This document shows, piece by piece, positions 49,325 through 61,563 of a DNA stretch of 64,000 nucleotides (positions are counted from its first letter, which is position 1; each line of letters starts with the position of its first letter). Location of the stretch: assembly GCA_010909165.1 (NCBI GenBank), contig MU008178.1, positions 74,369 through 138,368 of the forward strand. Direction: 5' to 3'. The translations under genes were made by a program, and so were the position numbers. The DNA comes from Anthoceros angustus. Taxonomy: Eukaryota > Plantae > Anthocerotophyta. The notes beneath the pieces were generated by a model. The model saw only the letters and a list, made by a program, of their open reading frames with translations. It searched no databases and was not told the origin of the DNA.

Positions 49325-50071
49325 ATGGAAAAGAATTGTGAGGTTGTCCCGAGTGGCCTGGAATGCATTCACTGCGGCAGAGAATGGGCTCCTGCCCCCA
49401 AATATACTCCTAGGCAGTGGATGCTTCATCGAACAATATGTGATCATCCAGCCACAAGTATGGACGCACCCAAGACAGCTGAACAGCAAGCTCAGAAGGA
49501 TTACAACAAGGTTGTCCTCAAAAGGTGGACTCCAGTGGGTGAGAAGGTTCAACCATATGACACACCTCACCAGGTATCTTTCGAGGGCAGGATGTCCAAG
49601 AGTGAATACCAAGCTGCAATGTTAAGAGCTATGCCCAAGGAGGAAGATGAGCTGGACTACTATTACACATATCGCTTGACATGCAAGGCAGGTGACGAAG
49701 GAAAAATGAGCAAAGAGGATCAGGTTATTCTCATGCGGGCTACCAAAGTACTTGGGAAAAGTGCTGGAGCTCCCTCTGCTGGCGTGAAAGGCAAAAGGAG
49801 AAGATACGACGACCCTGACGAAGAAGGACAAGTGCTTACATGTGCGTGACTTCTTCATCCACCTGTCCTCTAGTGATCTGCTGACTTCTGGTCCATGCTA
49901 TGAACTGACATGCCTGACCTTGTTGTCTACAAACTTGCAGCACTTCTGGACGAGCTGAAAAAGACGCATGAGCTGCTGCAAACTCTGAAGAAGAAAATTA
50001 AGGACCAAGGATACCACATCAATTTATCAGCATGCTGTCCAGAAAATGGCAGACTAGTGGGCAGTTCCTAG
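49325..50071 (+). CDS. Spliced antisense gene inside the copia 3' region, 215 aa, with a C-x2-C-x17-H-x3-C zinc-finger candidate (exons 49325-49841, 49941-50071)
   Basis: Uninterrupted 174-codon ORF; donor GTGCGT at 49842 and acceptor TTGCAG at 49940 join in frame to SLLDELKKTHELLQTLKKKIKDQG...GSS*. Confidence 0.65.
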
Positions 50072-53000
50072 CTTTTGAGTGGGAGAGATTTGGCTAAGTC
50101 CCACGCATATGCTTAGTGTGCAGCTTTAGGCAAGGACTTAGTCAAAACATCGCCTACATTGTTCCTGCACATACCTTACATCCACCTCACCGTATCATAG
50201 GCTTGCACGATAAAATGGTGAGTGATTTCAATGTGCTTAGAACGGGCATGAAAACTGGATTTTTCGTAAGGGCAATATGGGATTATCACACCATAATCTT
50301 GTAGCTCTGTTGGAAGTTGTCAAGGCCTCAAGAAAGAGCGGATCCATATGACTTCACGACACCTGGGATAGAGCTCGTGACTGCTTTCAAGAGAGGATAA
50401 GCAGATGGTCGTTAGCTTCTTACTCGACCACGATACCACTGCTCCTCCCAAGATGTTGCAATAGGCTGCTATGCTTCGTCGTGAATCAGGGTCACCTGCC
50501 CAATCAGCGTCACAATAGCTAACAAGCTCCAAACCAAAGAAAGGTTGCTTACTTCAAACCAAGACGGGCGTGCCCTTAAGATACACGGAATATCCTCTTC
50601 ACAGCTGACCAATGCACCTCACCCGGATTTTCTAAGAACTGCGAAACGTTACTAACTGCCCTTGAAATATCAAGCCTAGTCCAGGCTGCTAAATACAAAA
50701 GACTACTCATCAGAGGGACGAGTAGCCATCAAATCCTTCCCTTCCTGAGTAGTGGGACAGGCCTCCTTTGATAACTTCTCACTGGTGGACATGGGAGTTG
50801 AAACTGGTCGAGCCTCTCCCATATTGAACAAGTAGCGTCACAAAATGCTCTGATGAAGCTCGACAGGTCTCTCGAGAACGAACTGACACCCAAGGAAAAT
50901 CGAAATGCCCTAAATCACCATATCAAAATGTGAAAGAAGGGCACTCTTAATCCTAGCCATCAAACCAAGAGAAGTGCTAAGAGAAAATTGTCATTCACAT
51001 AAACCGGCTGTGATAAGAAAGTCATCTCCATCCCGTGAGTATGTATTGTCGCAAGATCCAAACAGTAAATCCAAGCTCAATCAACAACGCATGAAACGTC
51101 TCATTCCAAGCTCGGCTTGATTGTTTGAGACCATATAACGTTTTAAGTAACAAGCATACTTTCTCCTCGTCATCACAAAACCCTCGTGCGCATATAGATC
51201 TCTTCTTCTAAGGTGCCATTAAGGAAAGCGGTTTTCACATCAAGTTGATGAACATGCAAACCATAATGAGCAGCTAGAGATAGCAGTATCCTTACAGATG
51301 TGGATTTAACCACTGGAGCAAACATCTCATTATAGTCCAGTCCAGCTACCTGACTGTAACCCTTTGCCACAAGCCTAGATTTGTAACGACCCACACTCCC
51401 ATCGGTGTTGAGCTTTTTCTTGAAGACCCACTTGCAGGAAACCGGCTTCCGTCCTTCAGTGCATCAACCAGCTTCCAAGTACCATTAGTGATGAGGGAGT
51501 CATATTCAGATTGAATAGACTCCTTCCAGAAATCTGCTTCCGGACCAGTAATGGCTTCTAGGTAGGTCAAAGGCTCATGAGTGTTGAAGTTGGGTTTAGG
51601 GGGTGTGAAAGCTACACCTGCGGCAAAAGGAGGTTCTTTCCATTCACGCCTAGGAGGACGGTGACGAGAAGATCTACGAAGGACTGGAGAAGAGGGCTCA
51701 TCCACAACAACAGGAGGAGGTTCGTGCTCAGTAACAGTAGGAGTATCAACCAAGGTATCAACAGGAGGGTCTACGACAGGAGGGTCTACGACAGGAGGTT
51801 CAACAACAGTCATAGGATCAGCAAGAACACGAGGTGGTAACTCATCTGAACTGTGAGAATAGTCTGTGTGACTGCTGCTGGAAGGTGGCTGTATGTGTGG
51901 CCCCCGTGAAGCTGAAGTAGTAGGACCTACAGGTATATCATCAAAATCAAAAATGGCAACGTCAGCATCCTGGTCAGTGGCAAAATCGAGGGCATCATCT
52001 ACTCCTTGGATGGTGGATGGGGGCAGAATAGAAGAGGGGGCTAGCAAACTATCATGGCGTCGTAACAAGGCATGTTCATGAAAGATGACACTACGAGAAT
52101 AGGAAAGTTGACGGGTACTCGGGTCAAAGAGTTTGTAGCCCTTAACGTCTTCAGCATAACCCACAAAGATGCGGCGAACGGCCTTGGGATCCAGCTTGCT
52201 GCGCAGTTGGGAAGGAACCAAGGCATATGCAGGGCTGCCAAAAATCCGCAAATGAGTGATACGAGGTTTCTTGCCTGTCCACCTCTCGTAAGGTGTGATG
52301 AGACCGAGCTCCTTAGTGGGGAGACGATTCTGCACATAGTTGGCGGCCACTAATGCCTCTGCCCAATATCCACGAGTCAAACCAAGAAAGACAAGCTAGA
52401 AAGGCGCCTCGGAGTGTTCTATTCTTGCTCAACAAAGAGTTCGAGGGTATAAGGGACCGTGAATTGATGAATAACTCCTCCGCCGAACAAAACTCGAGAA
52501 GGCATGACCGATATACTCTCCTCCATTGTCGATCGAAATATCTTAAGCTTGCAACTCCGTCAGTGTGCCATGGCCACGTAGTCTTGAAAGCGCTTGAAGG
52601 TGTCTCCCTTGCCGTGAAGTACATAACCGACAAGAACGACTCCATTCTGCCGATGAAGGTAAGGAAATAAAGGGCACCTCCAAAAGACGCCTGGACATGG
52701 GACCACACAAATCACTATGGATCAGATGTGCAAGAGGGATGTGGCTCGTGAGTTCTCGATCTCTAAGGGCGTGATATTGCCTTACTAACTGGCAGAGTCA
52801 CAAAAGGCGTGGCTATCAAAAGGAAAGGACAACTGATCACGGAAGACTGTGTTATTCACCAAACGTGAAAGCTTCTGAAAGTTGACATGACCAAGACGAC
52901 AAAGGCACAATCAAGGTAGGGAGACAGAGACGAGACCGACATTGACAAGTAATGATTAGGTAAAGTACGCACATTCAAAAGGTACAGGTCATTGAAGGGA

Positions 53001-54716
53001 GTGCCAGAAAAGATGTCATCCCAACCAGGTATACGGGATATGGAGCAACCAGTGTGGTCAAAACAAATCCTACAAGAATGCTCCTCAGCTAACTTCATGA
53101 CGGACATAAGATTCTTGGTCATTGCTGGAACAAAAAGTACACCTGACAGAGTCATGACCTCTGAACTAGGCAACTCAATAATGACTGAACCTGAACCCTT
53201 GATGGCCAGACCACTGTCGTCCCCTAGCAAAACAAACTGCAGGCTGTCAGGAGTAGACGTAAAATTACTGAAAGCTCTCCTATCATAACAAATGTGGCTA
53301 GTGGCACCTGAATCCAAGAACCACATATCTGCCTGAATCTGAACAGAAGATAGACAGACTGCGAGGATGGAAGGGGACTTAGCCGAGTTTGTAGCTTTTG
53401 AAGTGATCAAGTTGGACTCATGGGAAGTGCCTTCCTTACGGGGTTCCCCAGCACGTTTCTTCCTGCAGTCCTTCTCAAAATGACCCGGGATCTTACACCA
53501 ATTGCAGGTGAAGATTTTCCTCTGCAGTGTTTGCTGTTTGCTGTGGGGTAACCACCACGTCCTTGTCCTCCACGGCCACGTCCACGGAAACTACCCCCGC
53601 CGACCAAAATAAAACTCTCGAGTGTTAGAATCTCCTTTGCCTCCTTTGTGGAAACCCTTGGCTCGCTCCTCAGCTAGGAGGGCTCCAATCAACTCATCCA
53701 AGGTTACAACGGTGACCTCCACTGGGCGATGCTCGGGCAAATCATGAGCTCATGAAGTGGTTGAAGCTATGTAACGGTTAGCAGCTGGTCCCGCTTGTTC
53801 TTCAGGAAGAATAGTACCACAATATGCCAAAGTTGCACGTGCAGTTCTGAAGCGGTTAATATAGGACTCGATGTAATCATCGCCCTTCATTCTCACCCAT
53901 AAAAGTCCTGTGCAAAGACTTGGGAAGCATTGCTCTTGTCCTTGTAAATCGAGAGAAACTATGCCACACACCGCAGAGGTGTCAAGACCAAGAGTGTGAG
54001 GAATCATATTCTCGCGGAGGTAATGAGAATGGAACGTGCTCTCCTGTCCTTTCGTTTCCAGTCGAGAACGTCGGCAGCATTGGTGTTTGTAGCTGCAGGG
54101 CATCTCTCACTCCCATCCACCACGGACATAAGCTCTTGCTCCTCAAATATCTGAGTCAACCTCAGTGACCAAGTGTTGTAGTCGTTCCCATTGAAACGAT
54201 CCTTATCCCTGAACTCAATCTTCAGGGGTTGTTGAGGAAGAGCTGCCATGGTTGAAGTGGATGTAGTTGAGGCAGCGACAGTACCAGCAGTAGTGGTGGC
54301 AGATGTCGTGCGAACTGATCCAGCCGAGGTGAAGGGTTCCCTGCATGTCTGCTGCGCAGGCTGATCTTCTGTCTGCTGTTCAGGGCTGGTCCTTCGGGAA
54401 TTGTATAGCCCAAATGCTTCCCGGGCTAGTCCTTCACGAGCACCACCTGTTTGATCTCGACTCAGGCCAAAATCAAAGTTGAAAGGTGTTCGTTGACAAG
54501 TGGTAGTAGTAAGTCTGTCCGCCGCCCTTCGTCTTGGCAATGCAGTATCTCCTCCTCGTCGGGATGCACTATACCTCCAGCATCGAGATCAAATTCATCG
54601 TCAGATGGAGCCGCCGGGTGTCTTCTGGGCGGCATGACATGAGAACTGAGAAGCTTGTCAGTAATCAGCCACTGACTGGCGGCGGGCTGCTAGAAGAGAA
54701 GCCATATGAGAACGCC

Positions 54717-55396
54717 TAGCACACTGATGGGTCTCGCAAGTCAGATGCAATTGCTTGATGCTGAGCATAAGGCTGTCCAGAACATCCTGCAACTCTCGGA
54801 TGCGTGCACGCGAAGCAAGGACTTCAAACACCTTCTCTTGCTTGGTCTGTCCACACCTCCGAGGAGTGATCGGTGTAGATGATCTTACCGAGGAGGGTTT
54901 GCGGGTCAGGAGCCGCTAACCTCTGAGGGTGATGGGAGGCTGCGTCTAGACCTCGGGATAGGCGAATCCTTACCTTCCTGACAACTTGGGCACACGAAGT
55001 CTGTCCTCAACGTGGGGGTTGGTACCCCTTCTACAAACACCCTCCTTCTAGCACACCGATGGGTCTCGCAAGTCAGATGCAATTGCTTGATGCTGAGCAT
55101 AAGGCTGTCCAGAACATCCTGCAACTCTCGGATGCGTGCACGCGAAGCAAGGACTTCAAACACCTTCTCTTGCTTGGTCTGTCCACACCTCCGAGGAGTG
55201 ATCGGTGTAGATGATCTTACCGAGGAGGGTTTGCAGATTCTGGGAGCCGGGCTAGCACTGCGCCTGAGGGTGATGGGAGAGACTGCGCGTCTAGACCTCG
55301 GGATAGGCGAATCCTTACCTTCCTGACAACTTGGGCACACGAAGTCTGTCCTCAACGTGGGGGTTGGTACCCCTTCTACAAACACCCTCCTTCTAG
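54717..55396. repeat. Tandem duplication (~335 bp unit) in the 5' leader of copia element 2
   Basis: TAGCACAC.GATGGGTCTCGCAAGTCAGATGC at ~54717 and ~55048; CTAGACCTCGGGATAGGCGAATCC at ~54946 and ~55291. Confidence 0.9.
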
Positions 55397-55481
55397 GCAC
55401 ACGCGCTGATGGCCCCCTCCTCGGCATCTTGCTGAACAGCGCATCTACGCTCGTGCACGAATCACCAGGGCTCTGATACCA

Positions 55482-55682
55482 TAAAACAATCAAGGATCGG
55501 AAGGGCACGAGCGGGTGCGTGTGTAGGCATGAGCGCACGAGAGACAGGAGATGGAAGAAAAACGGTTATTATTGTTCACGGGAAATTCAACATATATACA
55601 AAGTATTTGTAGGTGGTTATAACTGTTCATAAAACCACTAATATCTAGTCAACCTACTTTAGGTGACACATCTATTTCATTA
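55482..55682 (-). repeat. 5' LTR of copia element 2
   Basis: Starts TAATGAAATAG and ends GATTGTTTTA on the minus strand, directly followed by the PBS. Confidence 0.93.
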
Positions 55683-55880
55683 TCCCTATCCATGGTCCAA
55701 AGACCGGTAATGTCATTGCCTCTATCCTAATTTGCTTGTCTTTACCCTAAAGGGCCCTTCCGATTCAATACGGGCCTTGTTGTAAGGCCCTTCGAGACCC
55801 TTATAAAAGTTTGCTTCATACATTCCCTATCCATGGTCCAAAGACCGGTAATGTCATTGCCTCTATCCTAATTTGCTACC
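55683..55880. repeat. 141-bp tandem repeat into which copia element 2 inserted
   Basis: TCCCTATCCATGGTCCAAAGACCGG at 55683 and 55824; the left flank 48690-48774 matches 55745-55828. Confidence 0.85.
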
Positions 55881-56054
55881 CTTGCCTGCCCAAAGTATGT
55901 TGGTCATAAGATCATACACAAATGGTCTCATCTTGATATCTTCATATTAACATGTCTTTATATTTTCTCATCTCACTATCTTCATAGCTCGCCGATTTAT
56001 AATATTTAGACTAAATAATATCTCAAATTATTTCCTCAATGGTTTCTCATTTAA

Positions 56055-56810
56055 CTTGTCTATATATGTTCTCATCTTGATATCTTCATAACTCACCAAT
56101 CTAGAATATTTAGACTAAATAATATACTTGTGCGATCCTTAAGTTGACAGGTGCGTCTTCTACTTGTGCTCCTCAAGATGGTATCTAGTGTAAACACGGA
56201 ACGTAAATCCCTAGATTTAATTAGCAATTTCCCCTTGGAATGTCTATATATGTTCTCATCTTGATATCTTCATAACTCACCAATCTAGAATATTTAAACT
56301 AAATAATATACTTGTGCGACGCTAAAGTTGATGGGCACGTCTTCTACTTGTGCTTCTCAAGATGGTATCTAGTGTAAACACAAAACGTCAATCCCTAGAT
56401 TTAATTAGTAATTTCCTCTTGGCATGTCTATATATGTTCTCATCTTGATACCTTCATAACTCACCAACATAGAATATTTAGACTGAATAATATATTTGTG
56501 CCATCCTTAAGTTGATAGGCGCATCTTCTACTACTCCTCAAGATGCATCTTCTACTCGTGCTCCTCAAGATGGTGTCTCATGTAAACACGAAATGTCAAT
56601 CCCTAGATTTAATTAGTAATTTCCCCTTGGCATGTCTCTATATGTTCTCATCTTGATATCTTCATAACTCACCAATCTAGAATATTTAGACTAAATAATA
56701 TACTTGTACGATGTTAAAGTCGGGTGCAGTCTTCTACTCGTGCTCCTCTAGATGGTATCTAATGGAAACACGTCAATCCCTAGATTTAATTAGTAATTTC
56801 CCCTTGACAT
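56055..56810. repeat. Tandem repeat, ~183 bp unit, ~4 copies
   Basis: TGTCTATATATGTTCTCATCTTGATA at ~56058, 56241, 56426 and 56632. Confidence 0.9.
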
Positions 56811-56818
56811 TGTCTACT

Positions 56819-57240
56819 GTTCTCCGTAGGTTTCCTTAATAGTTTCTTAATTAACATATCTTAAATGTTCTCGGTAGGTTTCCTTAGTAGTTTCTTATTT
56901 AACATATCTTAAATGTTCTCCGTAGGTTTTCTTAGTAGTTTCCTATTTAACATCTTAAATGCTCTCCGTAGGTTTTCTTAGTAGTTTCTAGTTTAACATA
57001 TCTTAAATGTTCTCCGTAGGTTTCCCTAGTAGTTTCCTATTTAACATATCTTAAATGTTCTCCGTAGGTTTTCTTAGTAGTTTCCTATTTAACATCTTAA
57101 ATGCTCTCCGTAGGTTTTCTTAATAGTTTCTAGTTTAACATATCTTAAATGTTCTTCGTAGGTTTCCTTAGTAGTTTCCTATTTAACATATCTTTAGTGT
57201 TCCCTAGGTTTCCTTAGTACTTTCTTAATTAACATGCCTT
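56819..57240. repeat. Minisatellite, 46-48 bp unit, ~9 copies
   Basis: GTTCTCCGTAGGTTTCCTTAGTAGTTTCCTATTTAACATATCTTAAAT consensus. Confidence 0.92.
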
Positions 57241-57777
57241 ATAAATTCTCATCTAACATACTCTAACCCATCTCTAGTCTTCTATCCATATATTTATAAC
57301 TCTCCATGATAACTAGTACTCATATCTGTAATTTCCTGTAGGGAGCTTAGTTGCTCCTCAATAAAAATTCGAACATGTCTCTAATGTTTTATTGATATCA
57401 CATTATTTATAACTAACCATCATGATGGTATCTAGTGTAAAACATCTAGTATAAGTTTTTTTTTTAATTGATCTTTCTTTTGGCAATTGCTTACCTACTT
57501 GATTGATTTTTTTTAATTTATTTATTGATTTTTTTGTAGTGATATTTATTTATGCCTTATATTGAACAATCTTTGAGAGACTTTATTGAGGTCTTCGACT
57601 TGTAGAGGCCTCATTCTTGGGGTAAGCACCCCATCCTTGTACTCATTAGCACTTGACTTTGGAATTCCGAAGAACTCTATGCTTTGTGTCCAAGTTGTCG
57701 TTAGAGTACTGAATTGATGTTGTTCCTCAGGTTATTTTAAGTTTGCAGCTAGTGACTAATCGAGAATATCATCAAAC

Positions 57778-60544
57778 ATGGACTTCAACCCCAATGACGA
57801 ATGTAAAGTTCTTCACAACCTGCTGCCCCTAGCAAAATTCTCCCAATGTGCATTCACTTTTTGCCTATGTTGAATATGTGTTTCCTTATGACCTATCTTA
57901 AGTATATGTTGATGATAATTTGAAGTTATATTTTATTGCATGAACTTGTAGGGAAGAAGAAAATCAATACTTTGTGGGTAACATTATGCCATCCCTCAAG
58001 AGAAAATGGTCATGCCGATCCTCAAGGCCCCATGGCAAATTGTATTGCCGATCCTCTAGGCCCCATGGCAAATTGTGTTGCCCATCCTCTAGGCCTCATG
58101 ACAAATTGTGTTGCCCATCCTTTGGGCCCCATGGCAAATTGTGTTGCCCATCCTTTGGGCCCCATTGCAAGTTGTGTTGCCGATCCTCTAGGCCCCATGG
58201 CAAATTGTGTGGCTGATCCTCTGGGCCCCATGGAAAATTGTGTTGCCAATCCTCTAGGCCCTATGGCTAAGTCAAGTGCTTTGGTTCCGTCATCTTTAAA
58301 TGACATTAACTCGGGGGATGATCATGTTCATGATGAAACAAATCATATGAAAGGAACTCACGAGGAACAAAATGTCACTAGTATTAAAAATCCTTCAAAA
58401 GCCCCTTATGTCTGTGACCGTAATTGGATGAATAAATACATCAACAGTATCACAACTAGCGTGAAAAAAACTCAAGAGGAGCCGAAGACGTATAATATCG
58501 AAGAAAATATGCCTTCACAAAGTGATGCTGAAGCACACAAGCCTGAGCTCTCTAGAGCGGTGAAGCAACCATATGAAAAGGTGGATAAAAAAAAAAGGAT
58601 TAAAAGGATGAGATCATTATCCCGTGAATCAAATCTAAACCAGGGGCAAAAGGCAAAAGGGCATGGAGAGGACATGTCTCAACCAAATGAACAAATTGTT
58701 TTCATGGCATCCAAGCCTGAGCCCTCTCAGGCAACAAGACATGAAGAGGACATATCTCAACCAAATGAACAAATTGTTTTTATGGCATCCAAGCCGGAGC
58801 CCTCCAGAGCCGTGAAGCAACAATATGAGGAGGAGGATCAGAAAAAAGGGATAAAAAGGATGAGATCAATATCTTGTGAATCAAATATAAATGAGGAGCA
58901 AAAGGCAAAAGGGCATGAAGAGAGCATGTCTCGACCAAATGAACAATGTACCCAAACCACTGTGGGAACACCTCCTACCCTCGTAGGCGGGATTCCTGCC
59001 ATGGTAGGATCTATCCTACCTTCCATCTCCGCATCCTCCGCGGTCCAAACTTCAAATAAGCCTGAGCCCTCTAGAGCGGTGAAGCAACAATATGAGAAGG
59101 TGGATCAGAAAAAAGGGATAGAAAGGATGAAATCATTATCTTGTGAATCAAATCTGAACCAGGGGCAAAAGAAGAAAGGGCATGAAGAGGGCATGTTTCG
59201 ACCAAATGAACAATGTAGTTTTATCGAACACAAGCCTGAGCCCTCTAGATTGGTGAAGCAAGAATATGAGAAGGTGGATCAGAGAAAAAGAATTAAAAGG
59301 ATGGGACCATTATCCCCTGAATCAAATCAAAACCAGGGGCAAAAGGCAGAAAGGAGCGAAGAGGACATGTCTCATCCAAATGAACAATGTAGTGTTATCG
59401 AACACAAGCCTGAGCCCTCTAGAGGGGTGAAGAAAGAACATGAGGAGGTGTATCAGAGAAAAAGAATTAAAAGGATGGGATCATTATCCCTTGAATTAAA
59501 TCAAAACCAGGGGCAAAAGGCAGAAAGGCGCGAAGAGGACATGTCTCAACCAAATGAACAATGTAGTCTTATTGAACGCAAGCCTGAGCCCTCTAGAGCA
59601 GTGAAGCAAGAATATGAGAAGGTGGATCAGAGAAAAAAAATTAAAAGGATGGGATCATTATCCCTTGAATCAAATCAAAACCAGGGGCAAAAGGCAGAAA
59701 GGCGCGAAGAGGACATGTCTCAACCAAATGAACAATGTAGTCTTATCGAACACAAGCCTGAGGCCTCTAGAGCGGTGAAGCAAGAACATGAGGAGGTGTA
59801 TCAGAGAAAAAGAATGAAAAGGATGGGATCATTATCCCCTGAATCAAATCAAAACCAGGGGCAAAAGGTAGAAAGGCACAAAGAGGACATGTCTCAACCA
59901 AATGAACAATGTAGTCTCATCGAACACAAGCCTGACTCCTCTAGAGGGGCGGAGAAAGAACATGAGGAGGTGTATCAGAGAAAAAGAATTAAAAGGATGG
60001 AATCATTATCCCCTGAATCAAATCAAAACCAGGGGCAAAAGGCAGAAAGGCGCAAAGAGGACATGTCTCGACCAATTGTTTTTATGGACTCTGCAGAAAA
60101 GAATGCACATATATGTACTTCAGAAGAAATAGTCTTAGAGCTTGATTGTGGTTGTACAAACAAGAATATTGACACTCTCGGCCAGCTCAAGGTGTATGAT
60201 ACGGGCAAGTTTGAAATTATTTGTAGGTGTACTAGTTGCAGCCCCTTACAAGGTATGTACTCCTATACATTAATTAGCACATATGTGTACATATTTTACT
60301 TAATTAGTATTCATCCAGCATATACATATGCCTGGTTTAGGATAATCCTCATGAGCTAACTCTCTTTTGTTTCTTGTTTTCAGCTAAAAGCATCCTGACT
60401 CCACAAACTTTTGAGAAGCATGGTGGTCGTGGGGCATCCAAAAAGTGGAAGAGCACCATTTGGGTGATGGTGGACGAAGAAAGAGTTTCTATTTCCAATG
60501 CAAAAATTCTTGAACCCTACCTTAAGAGGCTTAGAAAATCTTAA
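57778..60544 (+). CDS. ULTRAPETALA-like SAND-domain protein with a long repetitive N-terminus (exons 57778-57802, 57952-60252, 60384-60544)
   Basis: C-terminus LELDCGCTNKNIDTLGQLKVYDTGKFEIICRCTSCSPLQ|AKSILTPQTFEKHGGRGASKKWKSTIWVMV matches the ULT SAND pattern (CGCT..G.L.V..G.LEI.C.C..TP..FEKH.GR..KWK..VWV). Both GT-AG introns are phase 1 and in frame. Confidence 0.8.
58010..60070 (+). repeat. Coding tandem repeats: 11-aa (A[DH]PLGPMANCV) x~8 and ~58-aa (KPEPSRAVKQEYEK...PNEQCSLIEH) x~8
   Basis: Seen directly in the 807-aa ORF translation; reading frame is preserved throughout. Confidence 0.92.
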
Positions 60545-61563
60545 TCCCGGAGAACCAATCTACTCAAATGAAGTAGCTTCTTAGTGGGTTTGAATGTTCT
60601 TGTGATTTAGACTGTAATATCATTACTTAATAAATTAGAGTATACATTTCACTACTCATTATTTAGACCAGAATATTATTAATTTATAAATCTAGTAGGT
60701 AGACACTTCTAAGCTCATACTATGTAGTTCACCACGTTCACTATTAGACAATGTAGTTCACCACGGTCACCATTAGACAATGATACTCTTGCATATCGTT
60801 GATTTGCATACTACCGTATCCCAAGGGGTGATTCGATGTTAATTAATTAAAATTAGTAAAAATTAAAAATCCATAAATTATTATGCTTAACATGTTGAAT
60901 ATGTAAAAATTTATGAGTTTAAGATACCGAAAACAAGGAAAGTAGGGTTTGTGTGAAAAATTAGGGCCTGTTTAGGGGAGGTCTATACATATCCATTAGT
61001 TATATATATATATACCTATATATTTCAATAAATATTAAAATTTAACAATTTTTTACAAATGTTGAAATTTTAAAAATATAAATATTTATATTGAACCTTA
61101 TTTTTTCAAAAAATAATTATTTCGGCATTATCCTGTTGAACCACCCGTCGGGGGTACGGTAGGTGTGCACTTTACCGCTTTCCTCTGGAAATGCACCGAA
61201 TTGAGGTAATCTTATCCGCCGTGGAGCAAGTTGATTTATATACTAAATAGCTTAATCACATATTGTGCACCTTCCTCGTGTACCTACTATGTTCTGGATT
61301 TGATCTGCATTCTGGACAGAGCCGAAAGAATGCAAAGAAGCAACCCGACAGAGGCAAGTACTTAAAATGGCACTGAATCTCTTCCTCCTCCTTATCCTCC
61401 TCAATCGAGGAGCATGGTAAGAACAAAAATGAGCTCATGGCAAGGAGCCTACGCACGCAGCAAAAGGATGTGCAACAAGCTGTAGGATTTGGGAGGGCCA
61501 CAGTGAAACAAAACTGAAGGAGGAACAAGCAAGCTTGCAGCAAGGGGACGAAGAGTCTCTCTC

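Larger units (their letters stand above)
48775..55682 (-). mobile_element. Full-length Ty1/copia LTR retrotransposon (~6.9 kb), TSD TCCCT, TA...TA LTRs
   Basis: LTRs at 48775-48976 and 55482-55682. TCCCT at 48770-48774 and 55683-55687. PBS TGGTATCAGAG at 55471-55481 and PPT AAGAGGGAG at 48977-48985. gag (RFNGNDYNTWSL), protease (WFLDSGATSHIC), integrase, RT (HQLDVKTAFLNG), RNase H (SYCDADWAGD). Confidence 0.95.
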
